Part shown: positions 1 to 8,725 of the stretch, one piece after another
How positions within the stretch are numbered: the stretch's first letter is position 1
How the letters are laid out: every line of letters starts with the position of its first letter
Source: Alphaproteobacteria bacterium
Lineage (GTDB): Bacteria > Pseudomonadota > Alphaproteobacteria > GCA-2731375
Assembly: GCA_965225945.1 (NCBI GenBank)
Contig: CBDDBZ010000010.1
Location: 1-30,553 of the forward strand
Direction of reading: 5' to 3'
Length of the DNA stretch: 30,553 nt
The notes under the pieces: generated by a model
Told to the model about the DNA's origin: nothing
Database searches by the model: none
The model's input: the letters and a program-made list of their open reading frames with translations, nothing else
Made by a program: the position numbers and the translations under genes

Positions 1-92
1 AGTCGATTTACCGCCCCGAGCGAACCACGCTGGCGCCCGGCGTGCTCGATCCTCTAGACTTGGGCTCCGGGCGGCGAGGGGAGGGAACACGA

Positions 93-1091
93 ATGGCGAT
101 CGGACCGCATAAGTTCGAATACGAGGTCCTCGAGGGTTGGGAGAGGCTGCCGGAGGGTTGGTCCTTCGTCGAGGTGGCGGGCGTCGCCGTCGATTCTCGA
201 GATCGCGTCTACGTCTTCAACCGGGGCGATCATCCGGTGATGGTGTTCGATCGGGAAGGCCGGTTCCTAGATGCCTGGGGCGAGGACATCTTCACCAACG
301 CCCATGGCATCTTCATCGACCGTGACGACCACCTCTGGGCTTGCGACAACTTCGACCACACGGTGCGCAAGTTCACCACCTCGGGCGAGCTGCTGATGAC
401 GCTGGGCGATAGCGAGAACCCGGCCGATACCGGCTTCAAGCTCGGGGAAAGTCCGGTGAAGAGGGCGGGCGGTCCCTTCAACATGGTGACCAACGTCGCC
501 ATCGGCTCCAAGGGCGAGCTCTTCATCTCGGATGGTTACGGCAATGCCCGGGTCCACCGGTTCTCGGCCGAGGGCGAGCTCGAGACCTCGTGGGGCGGGC
601 CGGGCAGCGCCATCGGCGAATTTAACCTGCCGCACGCCATCGCCGTCGATCGCTCGGGCCGGGTCTTCGTCGCCGACCGGGAAAATTCCCGCATTCAGAT
701 CTTCTCCGCCGACGGCGAGTTCCTGGACCTCTGGGATTGGGTCAACCGGCCGGACGACCTCTTTATCGACGAGCAGGAGAACCTCTATATCGCCGAATTG
801 GGCTGGATGGTGCCGCCGTCCGACGTGCCGCACTACAACCTGATGCAGTTGCCGCCGGTGGGCCACGCGCCGATCGCCCGGGTGACGATCTGCGATCTCG
901 ACGGCAACATCCAGGCGCAGATCGGCGGCTGGAACCCCCTGCTGCCGGGAAACTTCATCGTGCCGCACGGGATCTGGGCGGACAGCCGCGGCGACTTATA
1001 CGTCGGCGAAGTGGTCAAGGCCTCCGGTGCCATCGACCATTTCGCGCCGCTGACCTGCCACGCCTTCCAGAAATTCATTCGCGCCGGCTGA
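93..1091 (+). CDS. NHL-repeat beta-propeller protein, peptidyl-alpha-hydroxyglycine alpha-amidating lyase (PAL)-like
   Basis: ATG at 93 after GAGGGAA. Repeated NHL blades (GVAVDSRDRVYV, AHGIFID, PHAIAVD, PHGIWAD) with PAL-type motifs SDGYGN and ADRENSRIQ. No signal peptide visible. Confidence 0.85.
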   Translation: MAIGPHKFEYEVLEGWERLPEGWSFVEVAGVAVDSRDRVYVFNRGDHPVMVFDREGRFLDAWGEDIFTNAHGIFIDRDDHLWACDNFDHTVRKFTTSGELLMTLGDSENPADTGFKLGESPVKRAGGPFNMVTNVAIGSKGELFISDGYGNARVHRFSAEGELETSWGGPGSAIGEFNLPHAIAVDRSGRVFVADRENSRIQIFSADGEFLDLWDWVNRPDDLFIDEQENLYIAELGWMVPPSDVPHYNLMQLPPVGHAPIARVTICDLDGNIQAQIGGWNPLLPGNFIVPHGIWADSRGDLYVGEVVKASGAIDHFAPLTCHAFQKFIRAG

Positions 1092-1117
1092 GGCCACCAA
1101 GGAGGAGGAGAGAGATC

Positions 1118-2176
1118 ATGCGCGCCGTCGTTTTCATGGGGGACCGCGAGCTCGCGTTCATGGACTTCGAGGATCCCTCGCCCGGCCCGGGCGAGGTGGT
1201 GATCGAGATGAAGGCCTCCGGCATGTGCGGCAGCGACCTCAAGTTCTACCGCGCGCCCAAGGGCGGCGGCACCGCCGCGCTGGGGCTCGGCGATATCGAC
1301 GGCCCGATCATCGCCGGACACGAGCCCTCCGGCATCGTCGCCGAGATCGGCGAGGGCGTCTCGCAAGCCCAGATCCAGGTCGGCCAGCGGGTGATGGTGC
1401 ATCACTACAAGGGCTGCGGCCATTGCAAGCACTGCCGCGTCGGCTGGCAGCAGCTCTGCCGGGAAGGCGTCGTGGTCTACGGCGCCACCGGACACGGCGC
1501 GCATGCGAAATACATGGTGATCCCGGCGAGCACGCTGGTGGCGCTGCCGGGCGAGCTCAGCTTTGCCACCGGCGCCGCGATTTCCTGCGGCACCGGCACC
1601 GCCTATGGCGCGCTTCGGCGGATCAACCTCTCGGGCCGCGACACCATCGCCATCTTCGGCCAGGGACCGGTGGGGCTGAGCGCGACGCAGCTCGCCGCTT
1701 CCATGGGAGCGCGGGTGATCGCGCTGGACATCGGCTCGGAGCGCCGCGAATTGGCAGTTGAGTTCGGCGCCGACGCGGTGATCGATCCGAGCGCCAACGA
1801 CGTCGATTCCGTCGCGGCGATCCAGGACTTGACCCATGGCGAGGGCGCCGACCTGACCCTCGATTGCACCGGCATCGCGGAGGCCCGGATTAACGCCGTT
1901 CGCGCCGCCAAGACCTGGGGCACGGTCTGCTTCGTCGGCGAGGGCAACGACGTCACCATCAACGTCAGCCCCGACATGATCCGCAAGCAGCTCACCATCG
2001 TCGCCTCGTGGACCTTCTCGGCGATCGGCCAGGGCGAATGCGCGCGCTATATCGCCGATCGCGGCATCGACGTCGACCACCTGTTCAGCCATCACTATGT
2101 GCTGGATCAGGCGGAGGAGGCCTATTCGCTGTTCGATACCCAAACGACGGGCAAGGGGGTGTTCCTCTTCGATTAG
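1118..2176 (+). CDS. Zinc-dependent alcohol dehydrogenase (MDR family)
   Basis: Strong RBS AAGGAGGAGG before ATG 1118. MCGSD and AGHE catalytic-Zn motifs, CGHCKHC..C structural-Zn cluster, GQGPVG Rossmann motif. Confidence 0.92.
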   Translation: MRAVVFMGDRELAFMDFEDPSPGPGEVVIEMKASGMCGSDLKFYRAPKGGGTAALGLGDIDGPIIAGHEPSGIVAEIGEGVSQAQIQVGQRVMVHHYKGCGHCKHCRVGWQQLCREGVVVYGATGHGAHAKYMVIPASTLVALPGELSFATGAAISCGTGTAYGALRRINLSGRDTIAIFGQGPVGLSATQLAASMGARVIALDIGSERRELAVEFGADAVIDPSANDVDSVAAIQDLTHGEGADLTLDCTGIAEARINAVRAAKTWGTVCFVGEGNDVTINVSPDMIRKQLTIVASWTFSAIGQGECARYIADRGIDVDHLFSHHYVLDQAEEAYSLFDTQTTGKGVFLFD

Positions 2177-2189
2177 CCGCATTCCTTAC

Positions 2190-2302
2190 CGTCATCGCGA
2201 GCGAAGCGTCGCGATCCAGGGTGGCGCCCCGGATATCGACGTTGGCGATAGGCATCGACTCCCACTGGATCGCCGCGCTCGCTTCGCTCGCTCGCGATGA
2301 CG
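2190..2302. repeat. REP/RPE-like palindromic element
   Basis: CGTCATCGCGAGCGAAGCG..GCGATCCAG pairs with CTGGATCGC..CGCTTCGCTCGCTCGCGATGACG. Resembles the common alphaproteobacterial GTCATTGCGAGC...GCAATGAC intergenic element. Confidence 0.75.
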
Positions 2303-2348
2303 ATTCTCATCATATGGTAAGCATTCGGCGCGGCACCGGTGGCACGGC

Positions 2349-2686
2349 CTAGTGGATGAAATCCAACATATGGCACCCCTACGACGGTTTCCCGAGTTCG
2401 TCCGGAAAGGCGCCCGGTGCGCCATGATGCGGGCGCATCACAAGCGCCGGGCAACGCGTCCGGCGGGCTCGGGAAGCCGCCCTTCGGGTCCCATATCCTG
2501 GCTTCTCCCAAATCCTGGCTTCTCCCAAATCCTGGCTTCTCCCAAATCCTGGCTTCTCCCAAATCCTGGCTTCTCGCTGCGTCGGGCACCCTTGACGATG
2601 TGCCGGCATCGCCGGCGGGCGCCCTCCTGGCGAGAAACCAGGATATGGGATCGTAGGGGTACCATATGTTGGATTTCATCCACTAG
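2349..2686. mobile_element. Non-autonomous MITE with 36-bp terminal inverted repeats and CTAG ends (IS630-like)
   Basis: CTAGTGGATGAAATCCAACATATGGCACCCCTACGA (2349-2384) vs TCGTAGGGGTACCATATGTTGGATTTCATCCACTAG (2651-2686): one mismatch in 36. No transposase inside. Confidence 0.8.
2490..2574. repeat. 17-bp tandem repeat x5 (CCCAAATCCTGGCTTCT)
   Basis: Units start at 2490, 2507, 2524, 2541, 2558. The first unit is CCCATATCCTGGCTTCT; an inverted single copy lies at 2630-2650. Confidence 0.95.
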
Positions 2687-2699
2687 GGAGGGTTTCGAC

Positions 2700-3488
2700 A
2701 TGGAAGCGAGAATGGACGGCCGCAAGGCGCTGGTTACCGGCGGCAGCGCCGGCCTCGGCAAGGCGATGGCGCGCGCTTTCGCCGCCTCGGGCGCGGAGGT
2801 CGCGATTGTGGCCCGGCGGCCGGAGGTACTGGAAAGCGCCAAGGCCGAGATCGAGGCGGCGACGGGCGGGCGGGTGGTCGCAATATCCTGCGACGTCGCC
2901 GATGCGGGCGCGGTTGCCGACACCTTTGCGAAAGCAATCGCCGAGCTGGGCCGGATCGACATCCTGGTCAACAATGCCGGGACCTCGCGGACCGGCGCCT
3001 TCGTCGAAATCACCGACGAAATGTGGCAAGACGACCTCGAGCTCAAGCTCTTCGGCGCCATTCGCTTCGCCCGCCTCGCCTTTCCGGCCATGGCGGAACG
3101 GCAATGGGGACGTATCATCAACGTCCTCAACATCGGCGCCAAGGCGCCGCCTGGTGGCGGCGCGCCGACGGCGGTCAGCCGCGCCGCCGGCATGGCGCTC
3201 ACCAAGGTCCTGAGCCAGGAAGGTGCCGCCCACAACGTGCTGGTGAACGCGCTCCTGGTTGGCTTCATCGAGAGCGACCAGTGGGTCCGCTGGCACGAAA
3301 AGGTCGCCGACCAAATGACTTACGAGGAGTTCCTCGACGATATGGCGAAGCAGCGCGGCGTGCCGCTCGGCCGCGTCGGCACGGCGGAAGAGTTCGCCAA
3401 CATCGCCTGCTTCCTCGCCTCCGACGCCGGCTCCTACATCACCGGCACCGCCATCAACGTCGATGGCGGCCGCTCGCCGGTGGTCTGA
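2700..3488 (+). CDS. SDR family NAD(P)-dependent oxidoreductase (atypical active site)
   Basis: GGAGGG RBS then ATG 2700. TGGSAGLG, NNAG, C-terminal ITGTAINVDGG; the YxxxK position reads TAVSR. Confidence 0.9.
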   Translation: MEARMDGRKALVTGGSAGLGKAMARAFAASGAEVAIVARRPEVLESAKAEIEAATGGRVVAISCDVADAGAVADTFAKAIAELGRIDILVNNAGTSRTGAFVEITDEMWQDDLELKLFGAIRFARLAFPAMAERQWGRIINVLNIGAKAPPGGGAPTAVSRAAGMALTKVLSQEGAAHNVLVNALLVGFIESDQWVRWHEKVADQMTYEEFLDDMAKQRGVPLGRVGTAEEFANIACFLASDAGSYITGTAINVDGGRSPVV

Positions 3489-3497
3489 GGGCGGGCG

Positions 3498-3626
3498 TCA
3501 TGTCCCCTTGACTTCGGGCCCGCGCTTCTCGATGAAGGCCCGCCTCGCCTCGTCCCGATCGGCGGTGGCGTCGGGCGCCGCGTGGGTCCGCCGCTCGAAA
3601 TCGAAGCCGTGGGCATGCTCGAGCGG
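3498..3626 (-). pseudogene. C-terminal remnant of an enoyl-CoA hydratase/crotonase
   Basis: Minus-strand translation PLEHAHGFDFERRTHAAPDATADRDEARRAFIEKRGPEVKGT* matches the crotonase C-terminal pattern (T.D..E...AF.EKR.P.FKG). No upstream body. Confidence 0.6.
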
Positions 3627-3666
3627 CGGCGCGACGAGGACGGCGGGCGCGATGGGCCCGACCCGG

Positions 3667-3861
3667 GCGCAAGAAACATTACTGTTCGCGTTGATTCATT
3701 ACGTTTTCGTGCGTCGGGAGCCGAGAATCGGGCCTTGCGAGGCGAAAAGACGTGCTCATTCTGGCCTCATTTTTTTTCCAAATCGCTCCGAATCGGCCCA
3801 AAAAGAAGGTTTCTGAACATGCCGTTGTAAAATCACTTCCTCCGAGCTGTGGTTCGCGCGG
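3667..3861. repeat. Copy A of a diverged ~200-bp non-coding element (copy B at 10741-11997)
   Basis: Starts GCGCAAGAAACA..ACTGTTCGCGT, shares internal blocks CGTCGGGA.C.GAGAAT.GGG and AATCGG..C.AAA.A..GGTTT.TGA, and ends GAG.TGTG.TTCGCGCGG, as does copy B. Confidence 0.55.
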
Positions 3862-4387
3862 GCCTGGCGACCCGGTTCTCGGGTGTCGCCGGCGGCGGGG
3901 GCCGAGGGGCCGGCGGCGTGACCGGGGTCCGCCGAGAACCGCCCCTGGCCCCCCGGGTCGCCCTCCGGATCGCCCTCCCGGGTTGCCCCCCGGGTCGCGA
4001 CGTCGCCGATTCGAGACCGTGGGAACGTCCCCGAGAGGCGAGGCGCGGGAGGCGCCAATAAGCGAACACTTCTTCGAGGGGGTAGAGCCGCTTTATCTCT
4101 CCCCTCGGCATCGCCGGAAGCGATTTTCTTCCGGGCGGATGAGTCTTTAGCGGCAGCTACCGGGGCAGGCGTTCTTGATCTCGCTGTCAATCGGCGTTGA
4201 ACATTGACCCCCTATCGGCGTGCAATGTTGACCCCTTTGGGGATGCACGGCGGAGGTCGTACAGGTAGTCCATAGGAGGGGCCCGCGCGCGGGCCGACGC
4301 GCCCACCACGCGGCTGGCGGCGGACCGCGCGTGGGAGGTTCCTGTGGGCCCACCTGGGCGACCGGGCGGCAGGTGGATCGGTTGCCT

Positions 4388-5116
4388 TTAGGACCGATTC
4401 TTGAAGCGCCAGGAGTCGTTTCCGGTCTCGATGATCTCGCAGTGGTGCGTCAGACGATCGAGGAGCGCGGTGGTCATCTTGGCGTCGCCGAAGACGGACG
4501 GCCATTCGCCGAAGGTCAGGTTGGTGGTGACGATGATCGAGGTGCGCTCGTAGAGCCGGCTGACGAGGTGGAACAGCAGCTGGCCTCCGGTTTGGGCGAA
4601 GGGCAGGTAGCCGAGCTCGTCGAGGATGACGAGGTCGCGCCGGGCCAGCTGATCGGCGAGCCGGCCCTGGCGGCCGGCGCGGGCTTCGGCCTCGAGCCGG
4701 TTGACCAGGTCGACGACGTTGAAGAAGCGGCCCCGGGCGCCATCGCGGATGCAGGCCCGCGCGATGGCGACGGCGAGATGGCTCTTGCCGGTGCCGGTGC
4801 CGCCGATCAGCACGGCGTTGCGCTGGTTGGCCAGGAAGCCGCCGACCGCCAACTCGCGGACCAGCGGCTCGTTGACCGGGGTGTCGGTGAAGTCGAAGTC
4901 GGCCAGCTCCTTGGCCAGCGGCAGCTTGGCGCCACTCATCTGGTACTTGATGGATCGCGCCTGCTTGTCGGCGATCTCGGCCTTCAACAGCTCGCCGATG
5001 ATTCGCTGCATCGGATGCTGGCGCTTGAGGCCGTCGGCGAGCACCTCGTCGAACGCGTCGCGCATGCCGGCGAGCTTGAGTGCGGCCATCATCTCCAGGA
5101 CCTCATGGCGCTCCAT
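4388..5116 (-). CDS. istB: IS21 helper ATPase IstB
   Basis: Walker A GGTGTGKS, Walker [19 protein letters not shown] motif. Confidence 0.95.
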   Translation of the reverse strand: MERHEVLEMMAALKLAGMRDAFDEVLADGLKRQHPMQRIIGELLKAEIADKQARSIKYQMSGAKLPLAKELADFDFTDTPVNEPLVRELAVGGFLANQRNAVLIGGTGTGKSHLAVAIARACIRDGARGRFFNVVDLVNRLEAEARAGRQGRLADQLARRDLVILDELGYLPFAQTGGQLLFHLVSRLYERTSIIVTTNLTFGEWPSVFGDAKMTTALLDRLTHHCEIIETGNDSWRFKNRS

Positions 5117-6614
5117 GGCCGACCCCCCTCAAGCGGTCGTAGCGGGTGCAATCGGCCACCGGCTCAAAGCGAAGACGCAGGTTCGCGGGCGTCGGGATCG
5201 GCGCCGTCTCGGACGGCTGGCGCCGACGATTGAGGATGTTGAGCACGACGTCGGCGCTGCACACGCCGCCAGCGAGCGCCTCGGCACAGGCGGCCTCCAC
5301 CGCCGCCAGCCCATCCGCCAGCACGGCGGTGAGGATCTCGACCATCTGCCTGTCGCCGTCGTCGTGGCCGGCGAGCCGGACGCGCACGCGACCCAGGGCG
5401 CCGGGCAGCGCCCAGTCCTTGAACGGCGCGCCGTTACGAAGCGCACCGGGCTTCCTCGCCAGCACGGGCACGTAGTGCCACGGGTCATAGACGGTCTGGT
5501 CGCGGCCGAAGCGCCGGGCATGCTCGGCGACGATCTCGCCGTCCTGGCGGATGACGATGCGATCGGCGTAGGCATGGACCTCGACCGGACGGCCGACGGC
5601 GCGCGCCGCCACGCTGTACTTGTTGCTGTCGAAGCGCACCAGGCAGGTCTTCGACACCGACGCCGGGACCGCGTGGAAGCCGTCGAACGGCCCGCGATAG
5701 CCGACCAGGGACGGACGCTCGTCCTCGAACACCTGCCAGACAGTCCTGTCCTTGAACACCGGGTGGGGATGACGCCGGGCGTAGGCGACGCACTGGTCCA
5801 AGAGCCAGGCGTTGAGCTCGTCGTAGGTCTTGAAGCGCAGCCGCGGGGTGAAGAACCGACCGCGGATGATCCCGACCTGGTTCTCGACCTGCCCCTTCTC
5901 CCATCCCGCTCCCGGCGTGCATGCTGTCGGTTCGACCAGGTAGTGGCCACACATCTGCACGAAGCGCCGGTTGAACGCGCGCTCCTTGCCGATGAGGACG
6001 GTCTGCACCGCCGTCTTCATGTTGTCGTAGATGCCTCGCCGGCAGGCACCCTGGAACAGCCGGAATGCCCGGTCGTGGGCGTCGAACACCATCTCCTGGC
6101 TCTCGCGCGGATAAGCGCGGACGAAGAACATTCGGCTGTGGCACAGCCGGACGTGCGCGACCTTGACCTTGGTCGTCACCCCCGCCAGCACCACGTACTC
6201 GTGGCTCCAGTCGAACTGATAGGCCTCGCCCGGCGAGAACACCAACGGCACATAGGTCTGCGCCGTCGATGCCGAACGGCGCCACCGCCACGCCTTGGCG
6301 TAGCGCCGCACCGCGTCGTAGCCGCCGCCATAGCCCAGACCCTCGAGGGCTTCGGAGATCCGTAGCAGCGTCAGCCGCTCCCGCTTCGACTTGGTCTCGT
6401 TGGCCTCCAGCATCCGCTCCAGCTCGGCCGTCCACGGCCCCAGCTTCGGCATCGGCTGGACCCGCCGGTCGTAGGTGAACGCCGTCGCCTGCGAACGGAT
6501 CACCTTGCGCACCGTGTTGCCCGAGACCTTCACGTCCCGCACGATCTCCTTGATCGGCTTCCCCTTGACGAAATACTCCCGCCGGATCCGCGCTATCGTC
6601 TCCACGACCAACAT
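5103..6614 (-). CDS. istA: IS21 transposase IstA
   Basis: N-terminal [27 protein letters not shown] motifs; overlaps the istB start. Confidence 0.95.
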   Translation of the reverse strand: MLVVETIARIRREYFVKGKPIKEIVRDVKVSGNTVRKVIRSQATAFTYDRRVQPMPKLGPWTAELERMLEANETKSKRERLTLLRISEALEGLGYGGGYDAVRRYAKAWRWRRSASTAQTYVPLVFSPGEAYQFDWSHEYVVLAGVTTKVKVAHVRLCHSRMFFVRAYPRESQEMVFDAHDRAFRLFQGACRRGIYDNMKTAVQTVLIGKERAFNRRFVQMCGHYLVEPTACTPGAGWEKGQVENQVGIIRGRFFTPRLRFKTYDELNAWLLDQCVAYARRHPHPVFKDRTVWQVFEDERPSLVGYRGPFDGFHAVPASVSKTCLVRFDSNKYSVAARAVGRPVEVHAYADRIVIRQDGEIVAEHARRFGRDQTVYDPWHYVPVLARKPGALRNGAPFKDWALPGALGRVRVRLAGHDDGDRQMVEILTAVLADGLAAVEAACAEALAGGVCSADVVLNILNRRRQPSETAPIPTPANLRLRFEPVADCTRYDRLRGVGHGAP

Positions 6615-6729
6615 CCCCCACCACCTCGTCCGCCCAAAAACGAGGTGACTTGGACTAGCCAGGCTCAGGGGGTCAAATTTGGACGCCGATCACCCCTCAA
6701 CAGGGGTCAACTTTGCACGCCGTTCCACA

Positions 6730-7420
6730 CCGGTTTGACGAACTTGCCCGCGCCTGCGTTCCAGCACTGCAAAACCTGTTGAGCGAAACGACAAGAGCCC
6801 CCGAGCTACCGCTTTTCACGGCGCGACCCGAAGGTGATGCGGAGAGCTTCTATTCGAAGGAGACGTTCGACAAACTGCCGGTGCGCGGCAAGAAGGCCGC
6901 GAAGGACGCGCTGGAACTCTACCGCTTTTTTGAGCGCAAGGAAGCCGCGCCGAATTTTGCGCCGGTCTTCAGCGCGCTGTTGGGGCCACTGGATGAAGCA
7001 TCCAAGACGGTCATCCTCAAACTGCTGCGCGATAAGGTACCGGGGAACCGGCATGAGCAGGATGCCTGGTTCGATCCGTATCTGGAAAACACGGAGCGCC
7101 GGATGCGCGATCACTACCAGAAGATGGCGAAGAACCTCAAACGCGGCCTGGTCTATGGCAATCCCCATTCGGTAATCGGCCTGCTGCGGTCTTGCTTTGA
7201 TTACGCCCTGAACGACAAGACAAAGCTCGATGGGGTTTTTGATGCGGTGCGGGAGTCCTTCCGCCTGCCGGGATCGCGAAAGCTGCTGGATCGCATCACA
7301 GCCGTGAACGATTTCCGCAACGGCTATATCGCCCACCCCGAACAAGAGCTGACCGACAAGGCGCTTACCGAGCGCAATTTGAAACATTGGGTCGCAACGC
7401 TGGCGCTCCTTCGGGTCTGA
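6730..7420 (+). pseudogene. 5'-truncated gene fragment (~229 aa) ending in a HEPN-like RNxxxxH motif; possibly the C-terminus of a type III restriction/DEAD-helicase-like protein
   Basis: The open frame begins exactly at the IS21 end and its annotated start lies inside the IS inverted repeat. Predicted helical, with FRNGYIAH near the C-terminus. The parent family is from recollection and unverified. Confidence 0.5.
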
Positions 7421-7539
7421 TCCCATGTGGGGACTGGGCGCGCGTGGTGGCTATGGCCAAGCTCTGGGATTTCGGGGGACAGTTTGCTGTTTTCACACCA
7501 CCTCGACGTCGAAGCGAACCACGACGAACCACCACCCCC

Positions 7540-7705
7540 TGCCCCACTTCCGCCAACACCATCGCCACCGCCTTCTCGCCGATAATGATCGCCGGCTGTT
7601 CGAGGCGTCCGCCACCCGCAAGCCGCCGACCCCATGCACGCGCAGGCGAGGGTCCACCACCGCGTCGGCGCCCCGGCCCATCCGGCAGGTGCCCACGGGG
7701 TAATC
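7540..7705 (-). pseudogene. GMC oxidoreductase (choline dehydrogenase-like) C-terminal remnant
   Basis: [34 protein letters not shown] then, after a frameshift/deletion, [15 protein letters not shown]: the diagnostic GMC C-terminus. Confidence 0.85.
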
Positions 7706-7729
7706 GTCGGCGATTCCCCGGCGCCGGCG

Positions 7730-8296
7730 CTCGCCCCTTCACACGGGGCGCGGATTGAAACGGCGTCTTGACCACCTTGGCGTCACCCTCGACGTGTCGC
7801 CCCCTCACATGGGGGCGCGGATTGAAACAGCCATGACACAAGCTCACGCTTGGTTCGCGCCGGTCGCCCCCTCACACGGGGGCGCGGATTGAAACTTCGT
7901 GACCTCGGCCGGTTTCGAGGGGGCCGAGGGTCGCCCCCTCACACGGGGGCGCGGATTGAAACGCCTCTTACGCTGCGGTGCAGGCGGGTAAGCTAGTCGC
8001 CCCCTCACACGGGGGCGCGGATTGAAACTCTATCCCAGTTCCGAACCCGCGCCGCTCGCGCGGTCGCCCCCTCACACGGGGGCGCGGATTGAAACGGCGT
8101 CTTGACCACCTTGGCGTCACCCTCGACGTGTCGCCCCCTCACACGGGGGCGCGGATTGAAACGGCGTCTTGACCACCTTGGCGTCACCCTCGACGTGTCG
8201 CCCCCTCACACGGGGGCGCGGATTGAAAGGATCGGGACACGACGAAGATCGTTTCCGGATCGCGTCGCCCCCTCACACGGGCGCGCGAATCGAATC
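7730..8296 (+). CRISPR. Orphan CRISPR array with type I-C-like 33-bp repeat; 9 repeats, 8 spacers of 33-34 bp
   Basis: Consensus GTCGCCCCCTCACACGGGGGCGCGGATTGAAAC at 7730 (degenerate), 7796, 7863, 7930, 7996, 8063, 8130, 8197, 8264 (degenerate). Internal GCCCCC/GGGGGC hairpin and ATTGAAAC 3' end. No cas gene in the window. Confidence 0.96.
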
Positions 8297-8489
8297 GACG
8301 ATAGGGCGCCGCGCTTCATCGATTCCCCCGCCGCCACCGGCTTCTCCAGGCCCGAAGCCGATGGCGCAACTCCTCGATGTTCATATCATGATCGCCGCCG
8401 CCGCCAAAACGAGCGCGGCGATCGACCCGCCGCATCGAGGCCCCACAACCCTATCGCCTCGATTCAATCGGCTGGTTACCATCCGTTTG

Positions 8490-8683
8490 AACTTCAATTT
8501 GCCAAGTGCAGGGAGTACATGGTTCGGGAGGTTGTCCTCATCAGTCTTGGCGCTGCTCCGCTCCTTCTTATGCCTGTAGGCATGCTCCGAGAGCTATCGA
8601 GCCCGATTACCCGCCGACGCTTGGGTTCACGGCGGTCCGTTTGACGACTGCGAGCGGGTGAACCGCCGGTCACTTACTCAAGG
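8490..8683 (-). pseudogene. Decayed tyrosine integrase fragment (arm-binding/core-binding linker region)
   Basis: Minus strand reads LE*VTGGSPARSRQTDRREP, then after a frameshift AR*LSEHAYRHKKERSSAKTDEDNLPNHVLPALGKLK, like the phage-integrase pattern G.DPA..R...R..PTV..L..RYL.EHA...KK..S...D...L.NHVLPALG. Two stops and a frameshift. Confidence 0.55.
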
Positions 8684-8725
8684 CTATGCAAGCGTCATGC
8701 ACGGCGCGGGACGCCGCTTGTGTAG

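Larger units (their letters stand above)
4185..6729 (-). mobile_element. IS21-family insertion sequence
   Basis: Ends TGTCAATCGGCGTTGAACATTGACCCC.. (4185) and ..GGGGTCAACTTTGCACGCCGTTCCACA (6729) with the typical internal repeated motifs. Contains istA-istB; no target-site duplication in the flanks. Confidence 0.92.

Noticed and set aside
2490-2574. Possible mini-CRISPR or iteron array
   Set aside because: The units are contiguous with no spacers, and no Rep gene is nearby.
2352-2699. N-terminal extension of the 378-aa ORF containing SWLLPNPGFS repeats
   Set aside because: It is read-through of the MITE and its 17-bp tandem repeat; the real SDR starts at ATG 2700 with its own RBS.
3948-3996. 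Four degenerate 12-13-bp GC-rich repeats (GCCCCCCGGGTC-like)
   Set aside because: Low-complexity GC sequence with no supporting context.
4466-4500. Partial similarity of CRISPR spacer 1 to istB (CTTGGCGTC core)
   Set aside because: Only about 19 of 27 positions match in GC-rich DNA; consistent with chance codon similarity (GDAK).
8520-8548. Minus-strand CTGATGA..CGAAC resembling a hammerhead ribozyme core
   Set aside because: It has GAAC rather than GAAA, stem II does not close properly, and the sequence is explained as integrase codons (TDEDNLPN).
8005-8644. ORFs overlapping the CRISPR array
   Set aside because: They are translations of repeats and spacers or antisense to the integrase remnant.
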